Assembly (NCBI GenBank): GCA_048128005.1
Contig: JBEUKZ010000115.1
Location: 310,001 to 374,000 of the forward strand
From: Veleropilina oligotropha
Taxonomy: Eukaryota
Direction of reading: 5' to 3'
Length of the DNA stretch: 64,000 nt
A model generated the notes under the pieces. The model had not been told where the DNA came from. It made no database searches and saw nothing but the letters and a program-made list of their open reading frames with translations. This document shows, one piece after another, positions 12,901 through 23,341 of this stretch. Each line of letters begins with the position of its first letter. Position 1 is the first letter of the stretch. The translations under genes were made by a program, and so were the position numbers.

Positions 12901-14167
12901 ACTGACACCTCTAGCAGCTCAGGGGCGAATCCAGGATTTTGAAAAGGGGGGTCCAACTTTCCTCAAATATACTATCAACTGTTCGCGCGGTTGACAATCA
13001 ACAGCCTGAAACCTCTCCTGCACTCTGACAGGGCAAAGCGATATTTCTTACCAACATTTATGAATCACATTCACTAAAATGTATGAGTAATTTTTTCCTG
13101 TTTTTCACAATCTAACACATGCATTTACGCCTGTATCACCAGAAAAGTCAAAAGAAATGGTGTGAAACTCGATTTCCTTCTGCATTTTTTCCTTTTTTAT
13201 AGGGGGGAGCGAACCGCCAAGCCTCCCAGAAGTTTTTGACAATTAACGGTGTGAATTCCCCTCACATGCATTCTGACAGTACAAACACAATATTTCTTAC
13301 CGACATCTACGAACCGTTTTCACTAAAATGTGTAAGTATTTCTTTCGTTTTTTGTATCATTCAAACATGCATTTTTGATTTTCAAAAGGAGAGGGTCCTG
13401 ACCCCCTGGATCCGCTAGTGTAGCTGATATGTTCATAACGCCCATCATTAAGGTTCGGCTCCTTATTCGTGATAACAGCTCATGTCTGAGTGTATTATAT
13501 AATACATAAATACAATCTTCATCTATATAATGAATACGAAACCAATATGCAACAGGGGTCCATAATATGCTTTTTGTGATATTAAATTATCTACATTTGT
13601 GATTTGGGCGGATATACCGGCCTAGCTATACTCTTCCTTGGTTATATACTGATCCAAAAGCTCATATCATTATATGCATATATGTATCATATACATTTAT
13701 AATCTCTCCATGTAAAATGACTACACATTATTAATATACTATTAACAGTAAATGCATGCATTACGTCGCGTATATGATAATTAACTAATTTGCTAGGTTT
13801 TCTTGTCATAATGAGTAAATACTTCTGTTTAAAAATACCCCATACGGTAATGTAGTATATTTTAAAATGAATGCAGTGTAAAGACCATGTCATTAACTGA
13901 CTGCTGATATCAAAATAGAGGATAACTGTTACGATATTGTCATATGTTTAACTATCATTTTCTGTCACATTTCCAACGATTTAAGACAAAAATTACCATA
14001 AATGAGGATATCTTCGGACTCGATTTTCAAAATGTTCCCCTAAAAAGATTTCTTAAGACTTGTGATATGTCATCCTTATTGGTGTCGTCTATAGAAAAAA
14101 CAAGAAATAATTTCTTTTGCAATTAGTTTGATGTTTGGGCCTTTTTTACTCTATATTGATTGGACTA
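9934..14167 (+). mobile_element. Decayed Academ-like DNA transposon, copy 1
   Basis: TAGTCCAGTCAA...TTGATTGGACTA termini with subterminal IR (AACATCAAACTAATTGCAAAA); 3-bp TSD AAT (9931-9933, 14168-14170). Transposase remnants HLQIGIGVQLLHLYFGSKFLINTLNGLG (~11157), VDSVDHNLRTLDGRSMFDGMGII (~11349), VNPKLLFQRLL and FSFELSSYP (~12305-12410) match motifs I recall from Academ transposases. Confidence 0.8.
12920..13420. mobile_element. MITE nested in Academ copy 1
   Basis: Imperfect TIRs CAGGGGCGAATCCAG / CTGGATCCGCTAGTG; flanks CAGCT/TAGCT. Confidence 0.7.
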
Positions 14168-14897
14168 AATGTGCTGTTTTTTACATACCGGTATTGCTAT
14201 ATGTAATTGTCAACCTAATGTTCTCTTAATATGTTTTATGATTGCACTGAATCCAGCATAGGGGGTATTTGTTTCCTTTTGGACAATTGACCCAGAAAAC
14301 CTACTGAAATGTCCTAAAATCCTCATTGTGACATTAATAATAATAATAATAATAAGAAAACTTTATTCATAGAGGGAGTACAGTTAACAAATTAATGATA
14401 ATCTTCCATGAGTCCCTCTCATATAAAGACTGAAACAAAGTCTCAGAGTACATATATATTGATTACAAACATTTGCATTCATAATGGCTATCATTAAAGT
14501 ATACAAAGACAAATAAAATTACGGAAAATCATTTTGAAATACAGTAAATTATTTACACAGATGTTTCAAGACAGGTGACATCTCAAAAGCTTTTTAAATT
14601 TATATTCATTATCTGCAGCCTTTATATTTTGAGGCAGGTTATTCCAAAGTGTTGCACCAGAATATTTTAAAGTTCTCTTTAATGAATCAGTTTTAGGCTT
14701 TGGCAATGAAACAATTTTTGAAGAAACAGATCGTAGACTCTTTTCAGAGTTATAATGTGTAATGTGAAATTTATTACTGATATATTCTGGATTTGTTTTT
14801 TGCATAGCTTTATACATTAAGGTGGCCTTATGCATTTGAATTCTGTTTTCAAATGATAGCCAGTCAAGTGTTTTAAATAGTGCCTTACTTGATGAAT

Positions 14898-15408
14898 AAC
14901 AAGCACAGAATGTGTGCAATAACCTGCGTCATAAGCAAAATTTCTACTGTGAAACATGTGTGATACATATAATACAGACCATGTTTCTGTATGATTTCAT
15001 AGAATTCACAAATTGGTTTTCAAGAGTTACGCCCCTTTGACAGACTTAGTTAACTATAATAAAGTTGATTAATTATAATTTAATAAAGTATGCAAAATCT
15101 TAAAATGTTTAACTGTTATACCTCTTTTACTACTGTGAAACATGTGTGATACATATAATACATATAATACAGACCACGTTTCTGTATGATTTAATATTTA
15201 TTCATCAAAGAGGCTGTCATGGTAATTTGATATTCTGTTAGGCAGCATCTCTCAATTCATACATCAAGTGGTCATGCACTTTTTTCAAATTGGCTTGTTG
15301 TCGAAGTCGCCAAAAAGGTGGAAGATCTGGTTGAAATCATTTCAAAATTGTCTTCCCCCCAAGAAGAACAACAACATGTACCATTCATTGACCCTGCTAG
15401 ACGCAGGT
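14898..15408 (-). mobile_element. HINE inserted in the LINE
   Basis: AACAAG end, hairpin GCACA-GAATG-TGTGC, subTIRs ACCTGCGTC / GACGCAGGT and an internal direct repeat. Removing it rejoins the LINE frame DAPFY-SSSKALF. Confidence 0.8.
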
Positions 15409-15533
15409 AAAAAGGGGCATCTAGAATAATCCTTGCTGCTCTTTTTTGTAATTTTACAATAGTTGAAAGAGAAGAGTTTGTGCAATTACCCCAAACAATG
15501 CAGCAATAATCAGATAACGGTTGTATATAACTA

Positions 15534-17066
15534 TACTGAGTCAAAAAAGAAACTTCACAAAATGTAATTTGAAAAAGTAATGAATAATTTTTCTCTGATG
15601 ATACATCTATGTATCCGAAATGGGATCCCTATCTTTCGACGCTAGAAAAACGTTAGCAAACCCCCCTTAAACTCATCCATTCCTCGTGCAAATGACGTTA
15701 GTGCCAAATCAGGTTTTGCACGTGCAGTCGGTCACGTAATCTTCACATCGATGTTGATTTCATTTGCACTTGTTTGCATTGGCCTCAGGAATTGAAAAAA
15801 CACTTTTAAACCACGGTTCTAACGGTACTTTAAATGCCACGATTGTCAAATGTGCAACGTGAACGTGCCGTTGGCATGTTACACGCGGGAAGATCAGTTA
15901 TTGACGTCGCAAGAGCAATGGGATGCAGCCGTCGTACTGTGTATGACTTGCGAATTCGTCTACAAGAAACTGGCACCACTTCTGATCGCCCAAGGTCGGG
16001 TCGTCCACGTGTAACGTCACGAGCAGAAGACCATTACATCGTCCTACGTCACCTACGTGACAGATTTCTGCCGGCTGCACGAACCAGGGCTGAGATGTTT
16101 AGAGGTCGACTGTCCTCACAGACCATTCGAAATCGGTTGCGGGCTGCCAATCTCCATCCTCGACGTCCATATCGTGGGCCAATATTTACGCCATTTCATC
16201 GACGTCAACGTCTGCTGTGGGCCCAACGTCACCTCCGATGGACCCAAAGAGACTGGAATCGAGTGGTCTTTAGCGATGAATCAAGGTTTACCCTCAGATT
16301 CGCGGACGGCAGGCATAGAGTCTGGAGACGACGTCGTGAACGGTATGCCCAGTGTTGTGTGCAGGAAGTGGACATATTCGGGGGCGGAAGTTGCATGGTA
16401 TGGGGTGCTTTCTGTGGGAACAACCGTTCTCGACTTCTGGTCATTCGTGGAAACATCACAGCTGCTGCTTATCGCGACCAGGTGCTCACCCCTGAACTCG
16501 TTCCTTTCATGGCGGCTCATGGCCCAGGTCTACATTTCCAGCATGATAATGCGCTGCCGCATACCGCGATGTTGACACGAAATTTCCTTCAAAACGCTGG
16601 AATCAACGTCATGGACTGGCCATCAAGGTCCCCTGACCTTAATCCAATCGAGCACGTTTGGGATGCACTTGGGAGAAGGCTTCGTGGTCTTAGACACCAA
16701 CCACAGAATTTGCAGGAACTTGGCGCTGCCTTGCAAGAGCAATGGCGCAGAATCCCCAACCACGTGTTCACAAACATCAGGCGGTCGATGAGGAGACGGT
16801 GTTTGGCAGTGGTGAATGCGCGAGGCGGCCATACACGATATTGAACTGAGAAATTTCGAATTTCTATTCTTGTGACTTGACATTCTGTATACACATGTTT
16901 TGGAACGGCGGTGTAGCCTAATGGAACTGATTGTGGCACTGTCAGTGTATCGAGTACATCACACACATCTCAGCAATGAAATAATAACAATTTAACCATT
17001 TTACCATCTCTTGTTCTTTTTTAGTGCCCAGAAGAAAGAATGTGAAGTTTCTTTTTTGACTCAGTA
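15534..17066 (+). mobile_element. Full-length Tc1-like transposon
   Basis: Perfect 26-bp TIRs TACTGAGTCAAAAAAGAAACTTCACA (15534-15559, 17041-17066) and TA TSD. Excision restores the LINE frame RKLFYN-SYIQP. Confidence 0.97.
15834..16844 (+). CDS. Tc1-family DD34E transposase (336 aa)
   Basis: Paired-like HTH with GRPR motif, FSDESRF, HDNALPH and WPSRSPDLNPIEHVW; 34 residues between the second D and the E; uninterrupted ORF. Confidence 0.96.
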   Translation: MPRLSNVQRERAVGMLHAGRSVIDVARAMGCSRRTVYDLRIRLQETGTTSDRPRSGRPRVTSRAEDHYIVLRHLRDRFLPAARTRAEMFRGRLSSQTIRNRLRAANLHPRRPYRGPIFTPFHRRQRLLWAQRHLRWTQRDWNRVVFSDESRFTLRFADGRHRVWRRRRERYAQCCVQEVDIFGGGSCMVWGAFCGNNRSRLLVIRGNITAAAYRDQVLTPELVPFMAAHGPGLHFQHDNALPHTAMLTRNFLQNAGINVMDWPSRSPDLNPIEHVWDALGRRLRGLRHQPQNLQELGAALQEQWRRIPNHVFTNIRRSMRRRCLAVVNARGGHTRY

Positions 17067-18795
17067 TATTATAAAACAACTTTCGAAGTTCAAGTGGAAG
17101 GTATTTCTTTGTTCTTTGCATTAAAGTAGTTCTTGAAGAAATTAATGCCCCTACGTAATGTATATGTTCTTTCCAATTTAAAGTACTATCTATCTATGAT
17201 AACACCAAGAAGTTTTGTCGACTGCACACATTGTACGAGTTCATCATTTGATTTAAGGTCCAATCTTTCCTTGTTGCGAGACAGCTTTTGTCTACTGCCA
17301 ACAATTAACGTTTTGTTTTTTTGGTTATTTACAATCATCTCATTTTTACTACACCAATTGTTTAAGCTTTCCATATCTTTATTGAGTGTACCTTCAATAT
17401 CAATCAAATTTTTACCGGATTTATGCAATGTGGTATCATCTACATACATGTCAGTATTTGAGCTTATATCGAGAGGCAGATCATTAATGAATATAATAAA
17501 TAAAATAGATCCTAAAACTGATCCTTATGGGACCCCGTATTCAATCTTTTGTGTCGGTGATTGGGCATTTCCAATGCATACTTTCTGCTCACGATCATTG
17601 AGATATGATTCTAAAAGTGACATACACTTAGCACCAATCTGGTACATCTGCCGACGTTGGGGGTTCAACTTATTCAGTTATCCAATAACATAAAATATTG
17701 TTTGTCAGCAAGATATTGATATAAAAATCCATATCATGCTGCTGTATTCCTGGCTATCCAGCTGCTACCAGGAGGATGGGCCCCATTTCTATTATTGTTA
17801 TATATATATATAAATCAATTAATTGCCATGAAACATGAATGCACCAAAATTTCAAATTAGTCTTGCAACTGACCAACAAAGATGTTTATTTCCTATTTTT
17901 GCTGATAAATGTTACATAATGAAAAATAAAAACAGTAAATTTAAGATTCACAATCTAATGTTTTAAGAATTATTTGTTTTGTTTTGTGTTTTGCACACAA
18001 CATGGAGTTGATTAGATTTCAAGGCATTCCATTCATAATTGATTGCAGTATGATTACTGTAGGATTACGCTGATATAAAATGCCCACTAAACCCAGTTTC
18101 CTACAGGTTGTTAAGGTGTGCCTGTGTCTTCTAACATCCTGTAGTAGAGAATAGAAGGTAATCGCTTATCCCACTAATTAATTGTACAGACATGTACCGT
18201 AATATGGTCGGCTTTCTGTGTAATGATACAGTCTCGCCAGAAACGATGGCATTGTCTGCTGAATCGCGGCTATTTAATTAATTATGCAGCGATCAATAAT
18301 GGATGCGCGTATCCAACAATAATAGAGCCGCCTTGGCATCATGCCAGCTAGAGCTGTTGTACGTTGGAATTTATCTAATGAAGATGCGTAGGTTATGTCA
18401 GAAGTGTTCGTTTTATTGTCTCCATGCCAAAGAATGGGATTAGTATGATGATGCCAAAGACAGAACCGTCAGCGAATTCCCGAGGCCACAGACAGCAGCA
18501 GAGCGAGGACTTAATGCCGTCATCATGCTGCAGACGAATATCACCTCGTCAATTAAGAACCAATCAAGGAATCATGGTTAATCGTTGGTCAAATCAAATT
18601 TCCTTTAATGCCACATAGTGGTGGTGAATAAAATGGTAATTAGCTATAATTAAGTATATCCTGAGGTTAGTACAGGATAATTATAGTTATAAATCCATGA
18701 AATCAGCTGTGTAGAGATTCCCACATCGCATCACATCACATCACAGAATGTCCTCTAAATGTGTTGCAGTGTAAAATAGTCTAGAAGTGCTTTTG

Positions 18796-19797
18796 TCAGT
18801 GTTACTCAGCCACCATCATACCCTAGTGTACACGAAGCAGTTAATGTGTTACTCAGCCACCATCATACCCTAGCGTACACGAAGCAGTTAATGTGGTCAG
18901 TGTTACTCAGCCACCATCATACCCTAGCATACACGAAGCAGTTAATGTGGTCAGTGTTACTCAGCCACCATCATACCCTAGCGTACACGAAGCAGTTAAT
19001 GTGGTCAGTGTTACTCAGCCACCATCATACCCTAGCGTACACGAAGCAGTTAATGTGTTACTCAGCCACCATCATACCCTAGCGTACACGAAGCAGTTAA
19101 TGTGTTACTCAGCCGCCATCATACCCTAGCGTACACGAAGCAGTTAATGTGTTACTCAGCCACCATCATACCCTAGCGTACGCGAAGCAGTTAATGTGTT
19201 ACTCAGCCGCCATCATACCCTAGTGTACACGAAGCAGTTAATGTGTTACTCAGCCACCATCATACCCTAGCGTACGCGAAGCAGTTAATGTGTTACTCAG
19301 CCACCATCATACCCTAGCGTACGCGAAGCAGTTAATGTGTTACTCAGCCACCATCATACCCTAGCGTACGCGAAGCAGTTAATGTGTTACTCAGCCACCA
19401 TCATACCCTAGCGTACGCGAAGCAGTTAATGTGTTACTGATTTGATTCTGTCAGTGTTACTCAGCCACCATCATACCCTAGCGTACACGAAGCAGTTAAT
19501 GTGTTACTGATTTGATTCTGTCAGTGTTACTCAGCCACCATCATACCCTAGCGTACACGAAGCAGTTAATGTGTTACTGATTTGATTCTGTCAGTGTTAC
19601 TCAGCCACCATCATACCCTAGCGTACGCGAAGCAGTTAATGTGTTACTGATTTGATTCTGTCAGTGTTACTCAGCCGCCATCATACCCTAGCGTACACGA
19701 AGCAGTTAATGTGTTACTGATTTGATTCTGTCAGTGTTACTCAGCCGCCATCATACCCTAGCGTACACGAAGCAGTTAATGTGTTACTGATTTGATT
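18796..19797. repeat. Minisatellite with 47/54/70-bp unit variants
   Basis: Core GTGTTACTCAGCCACCATCATACCCTAGCGTACACGAAGCAGTTAAT with different spacers. Confidence 0.95.
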
Positions 19798-19807
19798 CGC
19801 ACCCTTA

Positions 19808-20699
19808 AGGTCCTTTCACACCTGATGCGATTAAGGCCCTGCCACACAGTAAATCAAGTCATACGTCTTGTCGTATGAAACTTTTGTAGTATGTTCCTTG
19901 CTATGCCACACGGTAAACCAAGTCGTATGCGACTTCTCAGGTTCATGAAATTTTATTTGGTTGAATGGGTTGCGAACTTACTTCATCTGGTATCTGATTG
20001 GTGGGCAACAAAAGTCTCATGGCACAAGTTGTACGGAATAGAGCATGTCCTAATGTGTAAATCAAAAGTCGCATGTGATTTTTGATTTACGAACTTGAGT
20101 ATTAGGGGGTACCACACGGTAAACCTTGATTTATAAACCAAGAGGTATGCAACTTGATTTACTGTGGCAGGGCCTGATCGTTACGATTTTCGTTATGATA
20201 AAAACGCAACGAAAATCGTCGATATAGGATCTGATCCTATCTCAACGATTTTCGTTGCGATTTCGCATGTCAAATATAGTAAAAACAGGGTATTCCTTGT
20301 CACATGACCAGTAATTCCCAACATATCCATACATGGGATTGACAAAATGGCATCATGCAGAAGACTACCAAAGAGGATATCATCGTACAAGTACAGCGGC
20401 ATGATATCCTCTAATAAATCCATTCCAGGATTTAAAGATATTGAAATATTATTATGCTTAAAAGATATGCAATCCGAATAAAATACGGAATTTGGGATGC
20501 ATGTACAGTCTATACAACCACCGAAACACTGACGTAATAAAAATACAGATGAAACAAAATGATAACCATATAAAATCAAACGTATATCATAAATGGTAGT
20601 GGTAGCCGTTACGAAATTTGCATCTGGTGTGAAAGCTCAACGATTTGTCGTAACGATTATCGTTGCGAAAAATCGGACGCGTCTGGTGTGAAACGACCT
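19808..20699. mobile_element. PIF/Harbinger-like MITE (outer)
   Basis: TIRs AGGTCCTTTCACACCTGATGCG / CGCGTCTGGTGTGAAACGACCT; TTA TSD (19805-19807, 20700-20702). Confidence 0.75.
19835..20174. mobile_element. PIF/Harbinger-like MITE nested in the outer MITE
   Basis: TIRs GGCCCTGCCACA(CA)GTAAATCAAGT / ACTTGATTTACTGTGGCAGGGCC; flanks TAA/TGA. Confidence 0.75.
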
Positions 20700-22299
20700 T
20701 TACGCATGATGTCCTTTACGTGTTATGGACTGTTCATTCATTGACAACTTGTACTGAAATGTAGCCCAATTGTCTCACATGCTGTTTATGTCGCTCTCAG
20801 TGTCATGATTAATGTTGCTGGGAATACAAACTTATGATGTTCCAGTCAGTGCGTGCAAGGAAAGAGTACATTGCAATAAAGTTCAAGGTCTTCAAAATGC
20901 AAAGCTTGTCTTTAACACAATAATTCAATTGAATTTGTGAAGCTCTTTCTTTGGCAAACCGTCATTTGGTCATTTGACACCAAACGACAATGCATCATGT
21001 GAGCCCAGCATGCAGTGGCACATCCATCACCCGCAGGATTATTTGTCAGAAGGGATCACCATTTTGGTCGTTGTGAGGAATGATAATTTCCCAACAAGTC
21101 CCCGAAATAGAAAGTCGTTGGTGTTTCTGATTAAGAGATACTGGAGAGGTTGACAACCGCGTGCGTAGCTATGTTGCCAGGACAGTTATTTTCGTCAGGC
21201 GCTGTTTAATTTTCTGAGACTTCCAGCCTTGCAATTGGTGCTCAAGATATCACAGCAACAGGTCCGTGGAGTAGCAACTGCCTTTCAGCATGCATATGAT
21301 GAAATTAACAAAACCTCCCCAAAATTTATTTTTGTCCATGGAATTTATTTTTTAATCCAGAAAACTCAATAATTACAAATCCTGCACTGAAATTTAAAGT
21401 AGAGTTATTATTATAAATGTACAATGCCATAGGCAGCGTAATAATTCACTGTAAACATCAATTGAAGTGAAACAGCAATGAATGAGTACTGTCTGGAAAG
21501 TATGAAAGATAAATTGAAAATAACTTCGCATCAGCAGGCATCAGAGATACATTCGCTGTCGAATGGCAACGTAACCTGATGAATTGCATGAGCTGTTTGC
21601 TCATAATATCGGTAAGGCAGCACGGCATGGCGATGTTCGGTTCATAGATGACAAGGAAAATTGCAATTTAAATTAAAATAATCGTTCCAATAATTTATAC
21701 AATAGCATAACAAAAGGTTCTATTTTTGTTCTTGGTTTATATGCGTTGTCAGAAATATCATGTGGCGTTGATTGGCATTCTGATAATACCCGCATTTGTT
21801 ATATATCTCAATTTTATTTCTAGATGTGATATTGATAATCTCTAAACCATCATAACTTATCACGCATGCTGATTATTTTTTCTGCTGGGCCATGCATCAT
21901 GCATCAGACGTCTGGTGACCTAGCTATCCAGCAAACTGAAACAATGATTCTTGGAACACTCAGGAAAGGGTCAATGTCATATCAGGTCATGCCTCATCTC
22001 AGTGATGATCAGTGGTCAAGGTCACATCAGGCCATGCCTCATCTCAGTGGTCAAGGTCATATATATATTGACTCAATGAATCTGTCATAGTCAAGGTCAT
22101 TATATACCTTCATCAATCCACATGTAATGCCACTCTTAGTGACTCCTATCTCCAGGATGAATGAATGAATGAATTTATCTTTAATTCACTTTAGGCGGTT
22201 ATTGGATAAGAGAGTGACAGCCATTTTGAACACTCCTTTGGTAACTTTGTTCAATAATGGTCACAGTTATCTGTTGCTGACCGTTGCAGGTCGGCTTCT

Positions 22300-22787
22300 T
22301 CCTGGTGGCCGGACTTGCCTCATATGGTAATATGGGCATGTCCTGGTGGCCAGACTTCCTTATATGGTAATATGGGCATGTCCTGGTGGCCAGGCTTCCT
22401 TATATGGTAATATGGGCATTTCCTGGTGGCCGGGCTTCCTTATATGGTAATATGGGCATGTCCTGGTGGCCGGGCTTCCTTATATGGTAATATGGGCATG
22501 TCCTGGTGGCCGGGCTTCCTTATATGGTAATATGGGCATGTCCTGGTGGCCGGGCTTCCTTATATGGTAATATGGGCATGTCCTGGTGGCCGGGCTTCCT
22601 TATATGGTAATATGGGCATGTCCTGGTGGCCGGGCTTCCTTATATGGTAATATGGGCATGTCCTGGTGGCCGGGCTTCCTTATATGGTAATATGGGCATG
22701 TCCTGGTGGCCGGGCTTCCTTATATGGTAATATGGGCATGTCCTGGTGGCCAGGCTTCCTTATATGGTAATATGGGCATGTCCTGGT
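22300..22787. repeat. 40-bp minisatellite, ~12 copies, within a SINE-like relic
   Basis: Unit TCCTGGTGGCCGGGCTTCCTTATATGGTAATATGGGCATG. Confidence 0.95.
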
Positions 22788-22907
22788 ATGACCCTGAATG
22801 GGACATTATTGATAAAGCATCAATCAACAAATCAATCATTCATTTTTGTACTTTTTGTAGGATTTTCCATCTGCATTAGATTTTCTGGGGCATTGATTTT
22901 GGTTTAA

Positions 22908-23341
22908 AGAGACTAAAAGTATTGCCCGTAAATGCGCTCTTTTCGTGACTGTGTAGCATGACAGATCACCCTCTATCGCACAGAAGTCGGATCGCGCAGA
23001 TTGATACAAATTTCGTGAAGGTATGAGCAAGATATTATCAAATAATAGACTTAATGAAATTATTAATATTAAACTGGGCAATATATATTATTGTCAAGTA
23101 GAACGCTATCCTACTTAATGAGCAGAAACCAATGCAACTGTGCTCCATCTAGGTCAATTGGAAATGTCCCTCGATGCTTTTAACTATTTATAAATCTTCA
23201 TTAGATATTCATTTAAACTAGCAAATTACTAATGAAAGTTGGGTGTTGAAAATTCCTAACTGTCTATGCTATAAACAAAAATTGTAATGCGGCTAGTTTT
23301 CTTTTCAAAGAAAAAGAGCACATTTATGGGCAATAGTCTCT
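22908..23341. mobile_element. Kolobok-like MITE, copy 1
   Basis: TTAA TSDs; TIRs AGAGACTA..TTGCCCGTAAATGCGCTCTTT; similar to 44323-44759. Confidence 0.85.

Larger units (their letters stand above)
14335..17616 (-). pseudogene. 5'-truncated L2/CR1-group LINE (reverse transcriptase C-terminal half), interrupted by a Tc1 element and a HINE
   Basis: Minus-strand RT motifs GVPYGSVLG..LFIIFINDLP..MYVDDTTL, KLLGVIID, DYCCIVWG..LQKRAARIILD and YSGATLWNNLP; (TTA)n tail at 14335-14355; apparent TSD GTGACAT (14328-14334, 17617-17623). Confidence 0.9.
1784..18037 (+). other. Predicted long-range rod-like RNA structure, domain A (interrupted by TEs)
   Basis: More than 20 colinear nested helices, e.g. 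1797-1804/18021-18028, 2184-2193/17874-17883, 4960-4968/9770-9778, 6615-6624/9499-9508, 7052-7061/9272-9281, 7476-7494/9182-9200, 8116-8135/8839-8860. Imperfect pairs are mostly G-U on the + strand. Confidence 0.7.

Noticed and set aside
16057..17693. Overlapping ORFs (172, 125 and 186 aa)
   Set aside because: They are alternative or antisense frames of the Tc1 transposase and the LINE RT.
2556..17745. Extra 7-9-bp complementarities (e.g. 2556/14295, 2579/14328, 2596/17735)
   Set aside because: They cross one another and are short enough to arise by chance in AT-rich sequence, so I did not count them as evidence.
18796..19797. CRISPR-like array
   Set aside because: No unique spacers, no cas genes and a eukaryotic context; it is a plain minisatellite.
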